Of a DNA stretch of 64,000 nucleotides, positions 1-9,565 are shown piece by piece. Every line of letters starts with the position of its first letter. Position 1 is the first letter of the stretch. Source of the DNA: an uncultured Actinomycetota bacterium (GTDB lineage: Bacteria; Actinomycetota; Humimicrobiia; Humimicrobiales; Humimicrobiaceae); NCBI GenBank assembly GCA_964616545.1, contig CAZTUA010000053.1, positions 15,061 to 79,060 on the forward strand. Direction: 5' to 3'. The notes below the pieces were generated by a model, which saw only the letters and a program-made list of their open reading frames with translations, had not been told where the DNA came from and ran no database searches. A program made the position numbers and the translations under genes.

Positions 1-674
1 TCAGCTGCCTCAAGTGATTTCTGTACCATATAGGAAGTGGCTACTATGGTTATATCTGTTCCTTCCCTTTTAATGTCACCCTTTCCCAGCGGTATCTCAT
101 ACATCTCCTCAGGAACATTCTGGACGCATTTTTTGTTTTTATAAAGCAGCTTATGTTCTATAAAAATTACAGGATTATTATCGTTTATTGACGAGATTAA
201 AAGCCCCTTCGCATCATATGGGCAGGAAGGCATAACGACTTTAAGGCCGGGTATATGCGCGACAAGCGCCTCCAGGCTCTGGGAGTGCTGGGCAGCAGCG
301 CCGGTTCCTCCGCCCCCTGCGGTTCTTATTACCATTGGCACGCTGGCTTTTCCGCCATACATGTAACATATTTTTGCAGCCTGGTTAACAATCTGGTCCA
401 TTGCTATTGTCATAAAATCCGAAAACATTATTTCAGCTATCGGCCTCATACCGGTGATTGCGCTTCCTGCTGCAACTCCGATTATAGTTTCTTCGGAAAT
501 TGGCGTATTTCTTATCCTTTCCTTTCCAAATTCTTTGAGCATCCCGACTGTTACGCCAAAGGCCCCTCCGTACTCGGCTATATCTTCTCCAATAAGATAA
601 ACATCGCTATCGTGACGCATCTTTTGCTGCATTGCCTCTCTTACCGCTTCAAGATATGTTAATTCTCTTTTCAT
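1..674 (-). CDS. 2-oxoacid (acetoin/pyruvate) dehydrogenase E1 component beta subunit, partial (3' end beyond window start)
   Basis: Minus-strand translation from ATG (rc of 672-674) reads [61 protein letters not shown]..., the typical transketolase-like E1 beta N-terminus; GGAGG RBS upstream; the listed + ORF 255..662 is its antisense artifact. Confidence 0.8.
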   Translation of the reverse strand, partial: MKRELTYLEAVREAMQQKMRHDSDVYLIGEDIAEYGGAFGVTVGMLKEFGKERIRNTPISEETIIGVAAGSAITGMRPIAEIMFSDFMTIAMDQIVNQAAKICYMYGGKASVPMVIRTAGGGGTGAAAQHSQSLEALVAHIPGLKVVMPSCPYDAKGLLISSINDNNPVIFIEHKLLYKNKKCVQNVPEEMYEIPLGKGDIKREGTDITIVATSYMVQKSLEAA

Positions 675-811
675 TTAAAACTTCCTCCGGTTTTCCGCCC
701 TGCATTTACTTTATGCAATCACACTTAATCTTCCCTGAATATTTCCGGTATATGCTTTTTAAGCAAATATCCTCCTGGTACAGACAGAATTAAAAGACCA
801 GAATACTTTTT

Positions 812-1840
812 TTATGAATATACATCATCTTCAACTTCGGAAGGGTCCGGAAACGGGCTGTCCTGAGCATATTTTACTGCTCTTTTTATTCCAGAGATTA
901 CTTTGGCCTCAAGCTCTTTATCTTCTTTTTCTGTTAATGTCCCTCCGTCAAATAATATTTTTTTATACCTGCCTATCGGGTCTTTTTCTATCCATTCCTT
1001 AACTTCTTCCTTTGTTCTGTATACCTGGGCATCACTTTTGGAATGCCCGCCCCACCTGTATGTAAGACTCTCAATTAAAACCGGACCGCTGCCGGCCCTG
1101 CATGCATCTGCAAAGTGGGAAACCGTATTAAATACCTCTGCCAGGTTATTGCCGTCAATAGTGATCCCATCTATTCCATAGGCAAGTTTCCTATCTGATA
1201 TTTTTGCTATATTGAACGCTTCCTTTGCCGGTGTTGACATCCCGTATACGTTATTCTCACAGAGATAGATTACCGGAAGTCCCCATATGGAAGCTATGTT
1301 CAAAGAACCGTGGAATATTCCCTGGTTGGCAGCTCCATCTCCAAAAAAACACACAACAACCCGTCCATTTTTTTTCATTTTACATGTAAGAGCCGCACCG
1401 GTTGCAATACCAATGCTGCCGCCTACCACCCCGTTTGCACCGAGGTTTCCCGAGCTGACGTCAGCTATATGCATTGAACCGCCCTTGCCCCTGCAGTATC
1501 CGGTTCTTTTGCCAAAGAGCTCTGCCATCATTATATTAATGTCTGCATCTTTTGATATGCAGTGGCCGTGCCCCCTGTGAGTAGATGTTATATAGTCATC
1601 TTTATTTATAGCATATATAGCTCCTACAGCAGTTGCCTCTTCACCCGTATACAGGTGGCATGTCCCATGAATCATCCCCCTTATTATGAATTGTTCGGCC
1701 TCACGCTCAAAATGCCTTATTTTATACATTTTCTCAAGCATTTCTATCTTTACGCTATCCTTCAGACCCGTAAACTTATCTTTTATTCTGTGACCGTCAA
1801 TTTTTATATATTTTTCTTTTTCCTCTGAATCCTTATTCAC
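812..1840 (-). CDS. TPP-dependent 2-oxoacid dehydrogenase E1 component alpha subunit (AcoA/PdhA-like)
   Basis: 342 aa; TPP-binding GDGA..NQG and YRxxGHSxSD motifs; GTG start overlapping stop of upstream regulator (GTGA); alternative internal ATG start possible. Confidence 0.85.
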   Translation of the reverse strand: MNKDSEEKEKYIKIDGHRIKDKFTGLKDSVKIEMLEKMYKIRHFEREAEQFIIRGMIHGTCHLYTGEEATAVGAIYAINKDDYITSTHRGHGHCISKDADINIMMAELFGKRTGYCRGKGGSMHIADVSSGNLGANGVVGGSIGIATGAALTCKMKKNGRVVVCFFGDGAANQGIFHGSLNIASIWGLPVIYLCENNVYGMSTPAKEAFNIAKISDRKLAYGIDGITIDGNNLAEVFNTVSHFADACRAGSGPVLIESLTYRWGGHSKSDAQVYRTKEEVKEWIEKDPIGRYKKILFDGGTLTEKEDKELEAKVISGIKRAVKYAQDSPFPDPSEVEDDVYS

Positions 1841-2787
1841 AATTTCCCCTGCTTATTAATACTTATTGCAGTTTCTTCATCTGTAATTAGCATATTTATA
1901 AACTTTCCCCTTAAGGCTCCAAGAATTACTTTCACTTTCCTTTCTCCAAAGGCTATCCCAATAATATTTTTAACATTTTTTAATCTCTCCTGAGAGATTC
2001 TTACAATCCTCTCATCAATCCTGTTAGGAACATGCTCCCCATTCTCATTTATAAAAATAAGATTAACATCCCCGACCACTCCAAGGCTGCCCAGATATTT
2101 AAAATCTCCCATGCTAAAACAACCCGCTTTAATCAATGTAGAATCCGGACCAATATCACCCAGTCCCACAAGTGCCGTATTTATCCTTTCGGATAATTTA
2201 ATTATTTCCCGGGTATTGCTTTCATTTTCTACAATTTCTCTTATCTCCCTGCTGTCAAGTATGGCGGGAGAATGTATTACATAACTTATGCTTTCCAGTC
2301 TGTCTGCAATATTTTTCGCAACTGCGTTAGTATGAAATCCAGCCCCTGTTTTTCCTAGGCCGCCGATTATCGGTACAACTGTTATCCCTGACTTTCCCTT
2401 TACATGGATATAGTCGGCTGCTCCTTTAAGTGAACTTCCCCAGCCAATTCCAAGGTAACTTCCATCTTCCAGCACCCTTTCAAACAGGTCGTTCAGCGCA
2501 TCCCCTATCATCTTTAAAGTTTTTTCTTTTTTCTTAAAAGAGGGTACAACTATACATTCTTTTATTTTAAATTTTTTCTCAATCTCGTATTCCAGCAGAG
2601 AGTAGTATTCTTTTAAGGAATTTATTCTTATTTCAACGATTCCGTCTTTCCTTGCCCTGTTCAGGTATCTTGATACCCTGGTTCTTGATATATTTAATTT
2701 ATTTGCAATTTCCTGCTGGGTCAGCTCTTCCAGATAATAAAGGCCGGCTATTTTTGTTAAGAATTTTTTTCCAATGATATTTTCCAT
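1837..2787 (-). CDS. SorC/DeoR-family transcriptional regulator (HTH + sugar-phosphate binding domain)
   Basis: 316 aa; N-terminal HTH LTQQEIANKLNISRTRVSRYL, C-terminal CggR/SorC-like sugar-binding fold; 4-bp overlap with downstream E1 alpha gene implies operon. Confidence 0.7.
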   Translation of the reverse strand: MENIIGKKFLTKIAGLYYLEELTQQEIANKLNISRTRVSRYLNRARKDGIVEIRINSLKEYYSLLEYEIEKKFKIKECIVVPSFKKKEKTLKMIGDALNDLFERVLEDGSYLGIGWGSSLKGAADYIHVKGKSGITVVPIIGGLGKTGAGFHTNAVAKNIADRLESISYVIHSPAILDSREIREIVENESNTREIIKLSERINTALVGLGDIGPDSTLIKAGCFSMGDFKYLGSLGVVGDVNLIFINENGEHVPNRIDERIVRISQERLKNVKNIIGIAFGERKVKVILGALRGKFINMLITDEETAISINKQGKL

Positions 2788-2842
2788 TTATTTCAGGCGG
2801 TACAGTTTTATTTAAAACCATGTTATAGCTCTTGATAATTAT

Positions 2843-2856
2843 TGCACATTTGTGCA
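2843..2856. promoter_or_regulatory. Perfect 6-2-6 palindrome TGCACA-TT-TGTGCA, candidate operator upstream of the sorC-E1alpha-E1beta operon
   Basis: Seen directly; located ~55-70 nt upstream of regulator start codon on the minus strand in an AT-rich intergenic region. Confidence 0.3.
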
Positions 2857-2962
2857 GCTAATGAACATCTGCTTTTCTGTTAAAGGATACATTAAAAGAA
2901 TTATAATTTCAAGGTATCCGGGGATACGTGCTTTTTTCATATAAATCCCGGGTTTCGTTTCC

Positions 2963-3556
2963 TTACGCGCAGAGTTTTTTAACGATATAAATTATTATCA
3001 ATTTCACTGCATCTGTTTTTAAATAATGAGGGGCACTCCCGTCAAAAAGCATCCTTGCATCCGCCTCAAACTCCGTGCTTTTCTCATCAAAAATTATAAG
3101 AACCGGAAACATTTTAAAAGGATGTACAATGGAAGCAAACCTAAACTGTTTATATCTTTCCCCGCCAATTTCCAGAGACTTCTTAAGAAAGGCATCGCCA
3201 TCACTCTCGTATTTCTTTATGAGGGGTTCCAGCACTCCCGGAATGGTCTTCCAGTAAAAAAGCCCTCCGGGAAGTTCCCTGTATGAGACCCACCTGCCGG
3301 TAAGAGGAGTTCCGTCCGCATTTAGAAGATAATGCAGAACAAGTGAAGATGAATAGGCATCCAGCGGCTCTTCTGCTCCGGGTTCACCTTCACATGTGTA
3401 GAAGATTGCCTTCTTATAAGGCTCTACAATAATCTCTCTATTAAAAAAACTCAGCTTAATCCTGCGGCCGTCCAGAAGCTCAGAGCCGGCGGACCTCGAA
3501 ATACTGCCAATATCCCTGGTTATTAATTCCTCAAACATCTTATTGCAAATATCCAT
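2963..3556 (-). CDS. Hypothetical protein (possibly DUF3786-like)
   Basis: 197 aa ORF with good coding density, no recognisable catalytic motif; family assignment tentative. Confidence 0.4.
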   Translation of the reverse strand: MDICNKMFEELITRDIGSISRSAGSELLDGRRIKLSFFNREIIVEPYKKAIFYTCEGEPGAEEPLDAYSSSLVLHYLLNADGTPLTGRWVSYRELPGGLFYWKTIPGVLEPLIKKYESDGDAFLKKSLEIGGERYKQFRFASIVHPFKMFPVLIIFDEKSTEFEADARMLFDGSAPHYLKTDAVKLIIIYIVKKLCA

Positions 3557-3689
3557 ATAATCGCCCCGTTAAAATTTATCTCTTTTCAATATCTACATGC
3601 AATCATTTTTAATAATTGCCGCATCTGCCTTCAATTTATATTAAATAGTAAGTATAATATATCATCATCAGGAATTTAGGAATAATTTT

Positions 3690-4991
3690 ATGTCAGCTAC
3701 AGTTAACATTATTGAACATATAATAAACCTGGGCCCGGTTATTATAATACCGGCCCTTCTACTTATTATCAGTCTGATTATCACGGGGAAGCCTCTTAAA
3801 AATTTAAAAAACTGTGCCTTTATTTTTATTGGTATGACAGCTGTTTCTGTGCTGCTTTCTCTTTTCGTAAATTTTTTTGGGTCAATTGCCAGCACAATAG
3901 TCTTAAATTCAACCAGAGAATATACCGTTATTGACGCGGGCTGGCTCGTTTCCCGATCCGTAATTCTTAATTCCCCTGTTATCCTGCACATAATAATAGG
4001 CGTTTTTGTCTTAAATATAGTTATGCTCTTATTAAGATTTACAAGAACCATAAATATTGATTTCTGGAGTTACTGGAATTTTCTGCTTATTGGTTCGATT
4101 GTTTTTACCATTACCGGAATAGCATGGATATCAATACTGGTTGCATTAATCGCGGCAGCCATAACCCTTGTTTTATCAGACATATACGCAGTGTATATAA
4201 ACAGTTACTTTGGAATTAACGGCATATCAACTCCCCGGGCACAGATTATCTGCTGGGCACCCCTCTCGCATCTTATTAACATAATCATTAATAAAATACC
4301 TTTTATAAGGAAAATTCATATATTCTATGAAGAGATCCAATATAAGCTGGGACTCTTTTCAGAGCCGCTGATAGCTGGATTTATCTCGGGATTTATAATA
4401 GGAGCAATTACACGTTACAGTAATTTCTTCCTTGCTCCGGGTCAGAACCTGGCCTATGCCCTTACAAGCGGTGTGGGTATGTCCGTTTTTTTCATAATGA
4501 TTCCAAGAGCGGTAAATCTTCTTTTTATGGGTCTGGCGCCCACAATAAATGATATAAAAAATTTTATAAGCAAAAAAATAACAAAAAGAGAACTATATAT
4601 AGGCCTTGATCCTATAATTTTCGCCGGCATGCCTTCCACCCTTATTTTATCTGTTTTTATGATTCCCATGACTATCTATATTTCAACCATTCTGCCTGGA
4701 AACACAGTTCTGCCAAATGCAGACCTTATAATGATTCCGCTGATACTGGTCTGGGTTATCGCCCCTTCAAGAGGCGATATAATCAGGAGTGCTGTCTCTG
4801 CAATAATTATAATTCCTATTGTTTTGTGGCTAACAACCAGTATGGGTGATGTATTTACGAATTTTTTTCTTAAATATGATATGGAACTCGTAGAGGGCTA
4901 CAAGAGAATTTCAAGCATTGGAGGCAGTTCCAATATATTTTCCTGGATTTTGCTAAAAATCATTCAGCCAATGTTTAACTGGCTGCCATAG
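3690..4991 (+). CDS. PTS system galactitol-type EIIC permease (GatC family), orphan
   Basis: 433 aa polytopic membrane protein; blocks DAGW, KIPFIRKI, FSEP, IGLDP, LPNADL align with GatC-family IIC; no IIA/IIB genes adjacent. Confidence 0.65.
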   Translation: MSATVNIIEHIINLGPVIIIPALLLIISLIITGKPLKNLKNCAFIFIGMTAVSVLLSLFVNFFGSIASTIVLNSTREYTVIDAGWLVSRSVILNSPVILHIIIGVFVLNIVMLLLRFTRTINIDFWSYWNFLLIGSIVFTITGIAWISILVALIAAAITLVLSDIYAVYINSYFGINGISTPRAQIICWAPLSHLINIIINKIPFIRKIHIFYEEIQYKLGLFSEPLIAGFISGFIIGAITRYSNFFLAPGQNLAYALTSGVGMSVFFIMIPRAVNLLFMGLAPTINDIKNFISKKITKRELYIGLDPIIFAGMPSTLILSVFMIPMTIYISTILPGNTVLPNADLIMIPLILVWVIAPSRGDIIRSAVSAIIIIPIVLWLTTSMGDVFTNFFLKYDMELVEGYKRISSIGGSSNIFSWILLKIIQPMFNWLP

Positions 4992-4995
4992 AAAG

Positions 4996-5478
4996 TTATT
5001 CTTCCCTTTTACCTGTTACCCTGTGTGTTTGCTCCAGGTATAAATTTCTCCTTATAGCAGATTTTTCCCGGAAATTATCTATCCCTTTTCTTTCAAGAAT
5101 TGTCTTTATCCTGTTATCATCAAGCATTATAATTTTTCTTACATTAAAAAGATTTGTTCTTGAGACCCACAAATCAGTTTCCCGGGAAACATATGGGAAA
5201 AAGGAGCAGCTTTTTATTATTTCATCCCATGGAATCTGAATTTTATCGGCAAGGTCTATATAGCTAATTTCCGGAGTTTCTTCCAGGATGCTCTTCGCCT
5301 GTTTAAATACTTCCTGACCGGTTCTTTTTTCGATTCTCTTCAGATTGTAAGAAGACAGGGTCAAAAAAATCCCGTAGATAAGCACAACAGGGACTATAAA
5401 GTAATAATACCGGGATAAAAATAATAATATATATCTCCCTGTATTACCCAGGAATGTTTCAAGCCAGATACCGGTCAT
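4996..5478 (-). CDS. Hypothetical membrane-anchored protein
   Basis: 160 aa ORF, N-terminal hydrophobic segment; no recognised domain. Confidence 0.35.
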   Translation of the reverse strand: MTGIWLETFLGNTGRYILLFLSRYYYFIVPVVLIYGIFLTLSSYNLKRIEKRTGQEVFKQAKSILEETPEISYIDLADKIQIPWDEIIKSCSFFPYVSRETDLWVSRTNLFNVRKIIMLDDNRIKTILERKGIDNFREKSAIRRNLYLEQTHRVTGKREE

Positions 5479-5584
5479 ATTTCTTAATTCCTATAAAAAA
5501 TAACTTATGATTATTTTCACTGTCCCCACTGTTTGGGCTTTACTATAACGGAAGATACCAGAATAAAAATTATCTTAAATATAA

Positions 5585-5660
5585 TGGTGGAGATGAGCGG
5601 GATCGAACCGCTGACCTCCTGCTTGCAAGGCAGGCGCTCTCCCAACTGAGCTACACCCCC
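5585..5660 (-). tRNA. tRNA-Ala (anticodon TGC)
   Basis: rc reads GGGGGTGTAGCTCAGTTGGGAGAGCGCCTGCCTTGCAAGCAGGAGGTCAGCGGTTCGATCCCGCTCATCTCCACCA; cloverleaf with GC acceptor stem, TGC anticodon, encoded CCA. Confidence 0.9.
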
Positions 5661-5674
5661 ACATTTTAAAAAAA

Positions 5675-5752
5675 TGGTGGGCCTATCTGGACTCGAACCA
5701 GAGGCCTCATCCTTATCAGGGATGCGCTCTAACCATCTGAGCTATAGGCCCC
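5675..5752 (-). tRNA. tRNA-Ile (anticodon GAT)
   Basis: rc reads GGGGCCTATAGCTCAGATGGTTAGAGCGCATCCCTGATAAGGATGAGGCCTCTGGTTCGAGTCCAGATAGGCCCACCA; GAT anticodon, encoded CCA. Confidence 0.9.
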
Positions 5753-5759
5753 TACTTAA

Positions 5760-5803
5760 TTTTATACAGAGGAAAAAATAGCAATTTAATATTTTTTTGT
5801 CAA
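5760..5803 (-). promoter_or_regulatory. Putative promoter(s) for the tRNA-Ile/tRNA-Ala pair
   Basis: On minus strand an extended -10 TGtATAAAAT ends ~8 nt before tRNA-Ile 5' end; an additional TTGACA hexamer lies further upstream (spacing suggests tandem promoters). Confidence 0.3.
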
Positions 5804-5902
5804 GGTAAAACGTAACCGGTAGACGGTAACTTACAGGAAGATATTTATATATCAGAGTAATTACTTATTACTTATAATTTAATTTTAAAAATTCTGGTAA
5901 GC

Positions 5903-6295
5903 TTATTCCGATGCTTTGACTTCTTCCTTCTTTTCCGGTAAAAATCTTAACTCTATGCCTCCGCTTATCCTTAAGACAACATTTACTATCCATACCATTA
6001 TAGTGCCGACAGCTGCATAGAACACTGATGCAACCAGTCCGCCCACAATTAAAACAAGAATGGTTATGATACCGCCGCCACCAAAAAAACTAAATATAGC
6101 AAGATTCCCGAGGCCAAATACATCAAAAATGCTCTTAATGTCAATCCCGGAAAAAGATAAGCCCATCCATGCAATCAGCCCTATTATTGACATTACAATT
6201 ATTGAAAACAAAAAAAACAGCAAATAAAAAAACAGCAGAAACTTAAACATTGAAGACTCACTGACACTTTTAAATACTCTTCTTTCTACGGCCAT
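5903..6295 (-). CDS. Hypothetical small membrane protein (Gly-rich TM segments)
   Basis: 130 aa ORF, three predicted TM helices; no recognised domain. Confidence 0.35.
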   Translation of the reverse strand: MAVERRVFKSVSESSMFKFLLFFYLLFFLFSIIVMSIIGLIAWMGLSFSGIDIKSIFDVFGLGNLAIFSFFGGGGIITILVLIVGGLVASVFYAAVGTIMVWIVNVVLRISGGIELRFLPEKKEEVKASE

Positions 6296-6456
6296 AAATA
6301 CCTCCCATCATAGAATGCCAGATAACTTATATTCGAGTCCTGATCAATACCAGCGTATTCAAAAACTCCATTGCTCAAATTAATCCCTTAAAACAGAACT
6401 TTTATTAGATTCTGCTTTAAAAACTTTTCGTTACGAACTCTTTAACTTTATAAAAG

Positions 6457-6939
6457 TTATTTTGTATATTTTTCTGCTAAATTTCCGAAAAATGGGAACT
6501 TGTAAAGTTCTCCCTTGTTAGCCCTTGTAACTATTATAAGCCTGATAACAAATTCTGCTATTACTACTAGCCATGCTAATACGGTAAACAGTGTCCACCA
6601 TCCTGCACCATAATATAAGAGATAAGTCCTTACCATCATCCCTCTTATTACGTTGAATAAGACTACAAAAATAATTCTTAAAACCAGACCGGCAATTCCT
6701 ACTATCATCGACTGCATTGCATGGAATTTGACATACTTATTCTCTTTTTCAAGTATGTACATTATAAGTCCTGAAAGGAAACCACCCCATCCATACAGTA
6801 ATATTCCAGCGTGTGAAATCCACATAGCTATCTTTGCATCCAGTCCTGTGGAACTCTTCTTATTAAAATCTGGATGAACTTCCGCGTTTTTCGCTTCTGC
6901 CATTTTGTTTTCCTCCTTGTTCAAATTGGCATTTTGCAA
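6457..6939 (-). CDS. DUF4870-like membrane protein
   Basis: 160 aa; motif KYVKFHAMQS followed by TM helices resembles the DUF4870 (F/V)KFHA.Q signature. Confidence 0.45.
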   Translation of the reverse strand: MQNANLNKEENKMAEAKNAEVHPDFNKKSSTGLDAKIAMWISHAGILLYGWGGFLSGLIMYILEKENKYVKFHAMQSMIVGIAGLVLRIIFVVLFNVIRGMMVRTYLLYYGAGWWTLFTVLAWLVVIAEFVIRLIIVTRANKGELYKFPFFGNLAEKYTK

Positions 6940-7063
6940 ATAAAAAAAATTACATGTATTATTTACCTTAAAAGATACTTTCAGAAGATATGATAACAGA
7001 TATACTAATAGATTTATATAACAAATTTAAAATAAAATGATCGCTAACCGCCTCCGGCGCCAA

Positions 7064-9496
7064 TTAATTTTCCGATGCAACAATTGAATATGAGGCCACC
7101 CTTGCATTTTCTCCCAGGTTGATAACCCTGACTCCCTGCGTTGACCTCCCTGTTCTCGATATTGACCTGGCCGGAATTCTTATGAGCACACCGGTATTGG
7201 AAATAATCATAACATCATACTCATCCTTTAATATACCGGCACCGGCAATTTTCCCTTTTTTCTCTGTAAGCTTCAGTGTTCTGAGGCCGAGTCCGCCCCT
7301 TTTCTGCCTTTTGTACTCCGAAAGCATCGTTCTTTTTCCGTAACCGTTTTCCGTAAGAACAAAAAGATCCCCGCCTGCTTCTCTTGCTATCATCATAGAA
7401 AGAACCTCATCATCTTTTGAAAGCCTCATTCCTTTTACACCCTGTGAAGTTCTGCCCATGGGCCTGCAGTCTTTTTCGCTGAATCTTATAGCCTGGCCGT
7501 TTCTTGTAACCATAATAACTTCATCATTACCATTGGATTTTTCTACCGCTATCAACTCATCACCTTTCTTAATGCTTATGGCTATAATCCCGTCTTTTCT
7601 TGATGTATTATATGCTTCAATGGATGTTTTTTTAACCATTCCCCTTTTGGTTGCCATTATTAAGTACTGATCTTCTCCATAATCCTTGACTGCAATTATA
7701 GCAGCGACCATCTCTCCCGGTGAAAACGGCAGCAGATTAACAATAGCCTTCCCTTTAGATATCCTGCTTCCTGTGGGAATCTGGTGGACCTTCAGCCTGT
7801 ATACCTTGCCCCGGTTTGAGAAAAACATTATGTAATGATGAGTCGATGCTATAAACAGGTGCTTTACAAAATCATCTTCCTTTAAATTGGTCCCGGTCAC
7901 GCCCTTTCCGCCTCTTCCCTGTTTTCTGTATGTTGTTACCGGTACCCTCTTGATATACCCTGAATGGGATATTGATATTACATTTTCTTCTTCGGGTATT
8001 AAATCTTCAATCTCAATATCAGATTCATCGGCAGTTATGTCCGTTCTTCTCTCGTCGCCGTATTTCTTCTTTATTTCTTTGAGCTCTTCCTTGATTACAC
8101 TATATATTAAACTGTCATCCCCCAGAATTTTTTTCAGTTCAGCTATCCTTTCCATCAGTTGCTCGTGCTCCAGTTTTATTTTATCTCTCTCCAGGCCTGT
8201 CAAACGGTGTAATCTTAAATCCAGTATGGCCTGCGCCTGTATTACCGTTAGCTTGAATTTTTTTACCAGTCTCTCTCTCGCTGTAGGAACGTCTTTTGAT
8301 GATCTTATAGTTTTTATTACCTCATCCAGATTATCAAGGGCTATCAGGAGCCCCATCAGTATGTGTTCCCGTTCTTCAGCCTTTTTTAGTTCATATTTTG
8401 TCCTTTTTACCACTACATCGTATCTGTGCTTTGTGTATTCTTCTATAAGGCTTCGCAGATTTAGAGTTTTCGGTACTCCATCTGTCAGCGCCAGCATTAT
8501 GATTCCAAAAGTATCCTCAAGCTGGGTATTTTTATATAGAGAATTAATAACCACATTTGGAATAGCATCTTTTTTAAGTTCTATGGCCACTCTCATTCCG
8601 CTCTTGTCAGATTCATCTCTGAGGTCGCTTATTCCTTCTATTTTCTTGCTCCTTACAAGGTCGGCTATTTTTTCTATAAATCTTGATTTATTTACCTGGT
8701 AAGGGAGCTCACTTATTATAATCTGGGTTCTCCCCTTCTTCGGCTGTTCCTGGTGCACCCTTCCTCTGATTACTATATGGCCCCTTCCTGTCTCGTAAGC
8801 ATCTCTGATACCGCCTATCCCCATTATTATCCCGCCCGTGGGAAAATCCGGGCCTTTGACCTTTTTCATCAGGTCCTTAGCAGAGCATTCAGGATTGTCT
8901 ATGTAATGAATAACGCCATCTATAACTTCTATAAGGTTATGCGGCGGTATATTCGTAGCCATGCCTACCGCAATACCCGATGAACCATTTACCAGAAGAT
9001 TTGGGAATTTTGCCGGAAGAACTGACGGTTCTTTTAGAGAACTGTCAAAATTGTCAACAAAACTTATTGTATCCTTATCAATATCTGCCAGAAGTTCTTC
9101 CGAGATAGAAGAAAGCCTTGCTTCTGTATACCTCATGGCAGCAGCCCTGTCTCCATCCACTGAACCAAAGTTCCCGTGTCCGTCTATTAAAATATATCTC
9201 TGTGAAAAATCCTGTGCCATTCGCACCATCGTATCGTAAACTGCTGTATCTCCATGAGGATGATATTTTCCAAGCACCTCGCCAACAATACGGGCACACT
9301 TTTTATATGGCGCACTGGATCTCATCCCCATATCATTCATAGCATACAAAATCCTGCGGTGAACAGGCTTTAGTCCATCTCTTACATCGGGCAGGGCCCT
9401 GCCTATAATTACGCTCATCGCATAGCTCAGGTAGGAATCCTGCATTTCGGACTCAATTTCAATATTTTTTACTTTACCTCTTAATTCAAATACCAT
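7064..9496 (-). CDS. gyrA: DNA gyrase subunit A
   Basis: 810 aa; QRDR region [10 protein letters not shown], active-site Tyr context, C-terminal beta-pinwheel repeats. Confidence 0.95.
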   Translation of the reverse strand: MVFELRGKVKNIEIESEMQDSYLSYAMSVIIGRALPDVRDGLKPVHRRILYAMNDMGMRSSAPYKKCARIVGEVLGKYHPHGDTAVYDTMVRMAQDFSQRYILIDGHGNFGSVDGDRAAAMRYTEARLSSISEELLADIDKDTISFVDNFDSSLKEPSVLPAKFPNLLVNGSSGIAVGMATNIPPHNLIEVIDGVIHYIDNPECSAKDLMKKVKGPDFPTGGIIMGIGGIRDAYETGRGHIVIRGRVHQEQPKKGRTQIIISELPYQVNKSRFIEKIADLVRSKKIEGISDLRDESDKSGMRVAIELKKDAIPNVVINSLYKNTQLEDTFGIIMLALTDGVPKTLNLRSLIEEYTKHRYDVVVKRTKYELKKAEEREHILMGLLIALDNLDEVIKTIRSSKDVPTARERLVKKFKLTVIQAQAILDLRLHRLTGLERDKIKLEHEQLMERIAELKKILGDDSLIYSVIKEELKEIKKKYGDERRTDITADESDIEIEDLIPEEENVISISHSGYIKRVPVTTYRKQGRGGKGVTGTNLKEDDFVKHLFIASTHHYIMFFSNRGKVYRLKVHQIPTGSRISKGKAIVNLLPFSPGEMVAAIIAVKDYGEDQYLIMATKRGMVKKTSIEAYNTSRKDGIIAISIKKGDELIAVEKSNGNDEVIMVTRNGQAIRFSEKDCRPMGRTSQGVKGMRLSKDDEVLSMMIAREAGGDLFVLTENGYGKRTMLSEYKRQKRGGLGLRTLKLTEKKGKIAGAGILKDEYDVMIISNTGVLIRIPARSISRTGRSTQGVRVINLGENARVASYSIVASEN

Positions 9497-9565
9497 TTAT
9501 CTATACTCCTGACTTTATCCTCTCTCCATTCTTTCTTTACTAATAACACCGGGCAACAGTACCGG

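Noticed and set aside
255-662. 135-aa plus-strand ORF at the window start
   Set aside because: Antisense to a clearly conserved E1 beta subunit reading frame (minus strand). Cys/His-rich nonsense translation.
7887-8702. 271-aa plus-strand ORF (and several shorter ones) inside gyrA/gyrB
   Set aside because: Serine-rich low-complexity translation antisense to strongly conserved gyrase genes. Typical shadow ORFs.
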